26,050 nucleotides of DNA, taken from assembly GCA_034670305.1 (NCBI GenBank), contig JAXMNT010000076.1:1-26050 (forward strand), given 5' to 3'. Positions 25,903 through 26,050 of this stretch are shown here, piece by piece. Within the stretch, counting starts at the first letter, position 1, and the number at the start of each line of letters is the position of its first letter. The position numbers and the translations under genes were made by a program. The DNA is from Deltaproteobacteria bacterium. GTDB lineage: Bacteria > Myxococcota_A > Polyangia > Polyangiales > Houyiibacteriaceae. The notes beneath the pieces were generated by a model. That model was not told where the DNA came from, did no database searches, and saw only the letters and a program-made list of their open reading frames with translations.

Positions 25903-26050
25903 CTACTTCTTTTTCTTCTTGGCGGCCTTCTTCTTGGTGGCCTTCTTCTTGGTGGCCTTCTTCTTGGTGGCCTTCTTCTTGGTGGCCTTCTTCTTGGTGG
26001 CCTTCTTCTTGGTGGCCTTCTTCTTGGTGGCCTTCTTCTTGGTGGCCTTC
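25903..26050 (-). CDS. Partial CDS: histone H1-like (KKKAT)n C-terminal tail of a probable DNA-binding protein (5' part outside the window)
   Basis: Minus-strand frame reads ...KATKKKATKKKAAKKKKK* and is followed by a terminator-like hairpin. Confidence 0.7.
   Translation of the reverse strand, partial: KATKKKATKKKATKKKATKKKATKKKATKKKATKKKATKKKAAKKKKK
25927..26050. repeat. Perfect 15-nt tandem repeat CTTCTTCTTGGTGGC, more than 8 copies, running off the window end
   Basis: Directly visible with no mismatches. Confidence 0.95.

Overview
High-GC bacterial chromosomal DNA, most likely from Myxococcota (inferred from an MglC-like roadblock gene, an SgmX-like TPR gene and a Cys-rich VWA lipoprotein). 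Left part (1-9.1 kb): dedA, a lipoprotein, accD, two SCP2-like genes, then an mglC-aroQ-accB-accC-sgmX-like operon. Middle (9.1-13.7 kb): a YbgC-type thioesterase, a Cys-rich/VWA lipoprotein, an ArsC-family gene and a dipeptide epimerase. This block is bracketed by two related, mutually inverted hexamer-periodic intergenic tracts, one of them 65 in-register hexamers whose motif drifts along its length. Right part (13.7-23.9 kb): about 10 kb of eight tightly coupled genes (lipoprotein, PHP-like metallohydrolase, GT-C-like membrane protein, three SGNH proteins, SxtJ-like protein, NodU/SxtI-like carbamoyltransferase). A convergent 54-aa SxtK/DUF5989-like gene, missed by the ORF track, follows. 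This is a candidate envelope glycan carbamoylation/acylation system. The window ends with two exported hypotheticals, a DUF697-like/SHOCT gene and the (KKKAT)n C-terminus of a basic protein. Other notable patterns: a recurrent GGCAAG-tract-plus-hairpin element, and -10-like boxes exactly 6 nt before several start codons (possible leaderless transcription). No rRNA, tRNA, CRISPR array or transposase was recognised. All family calls come from motif recognition by eye, not from database searches.
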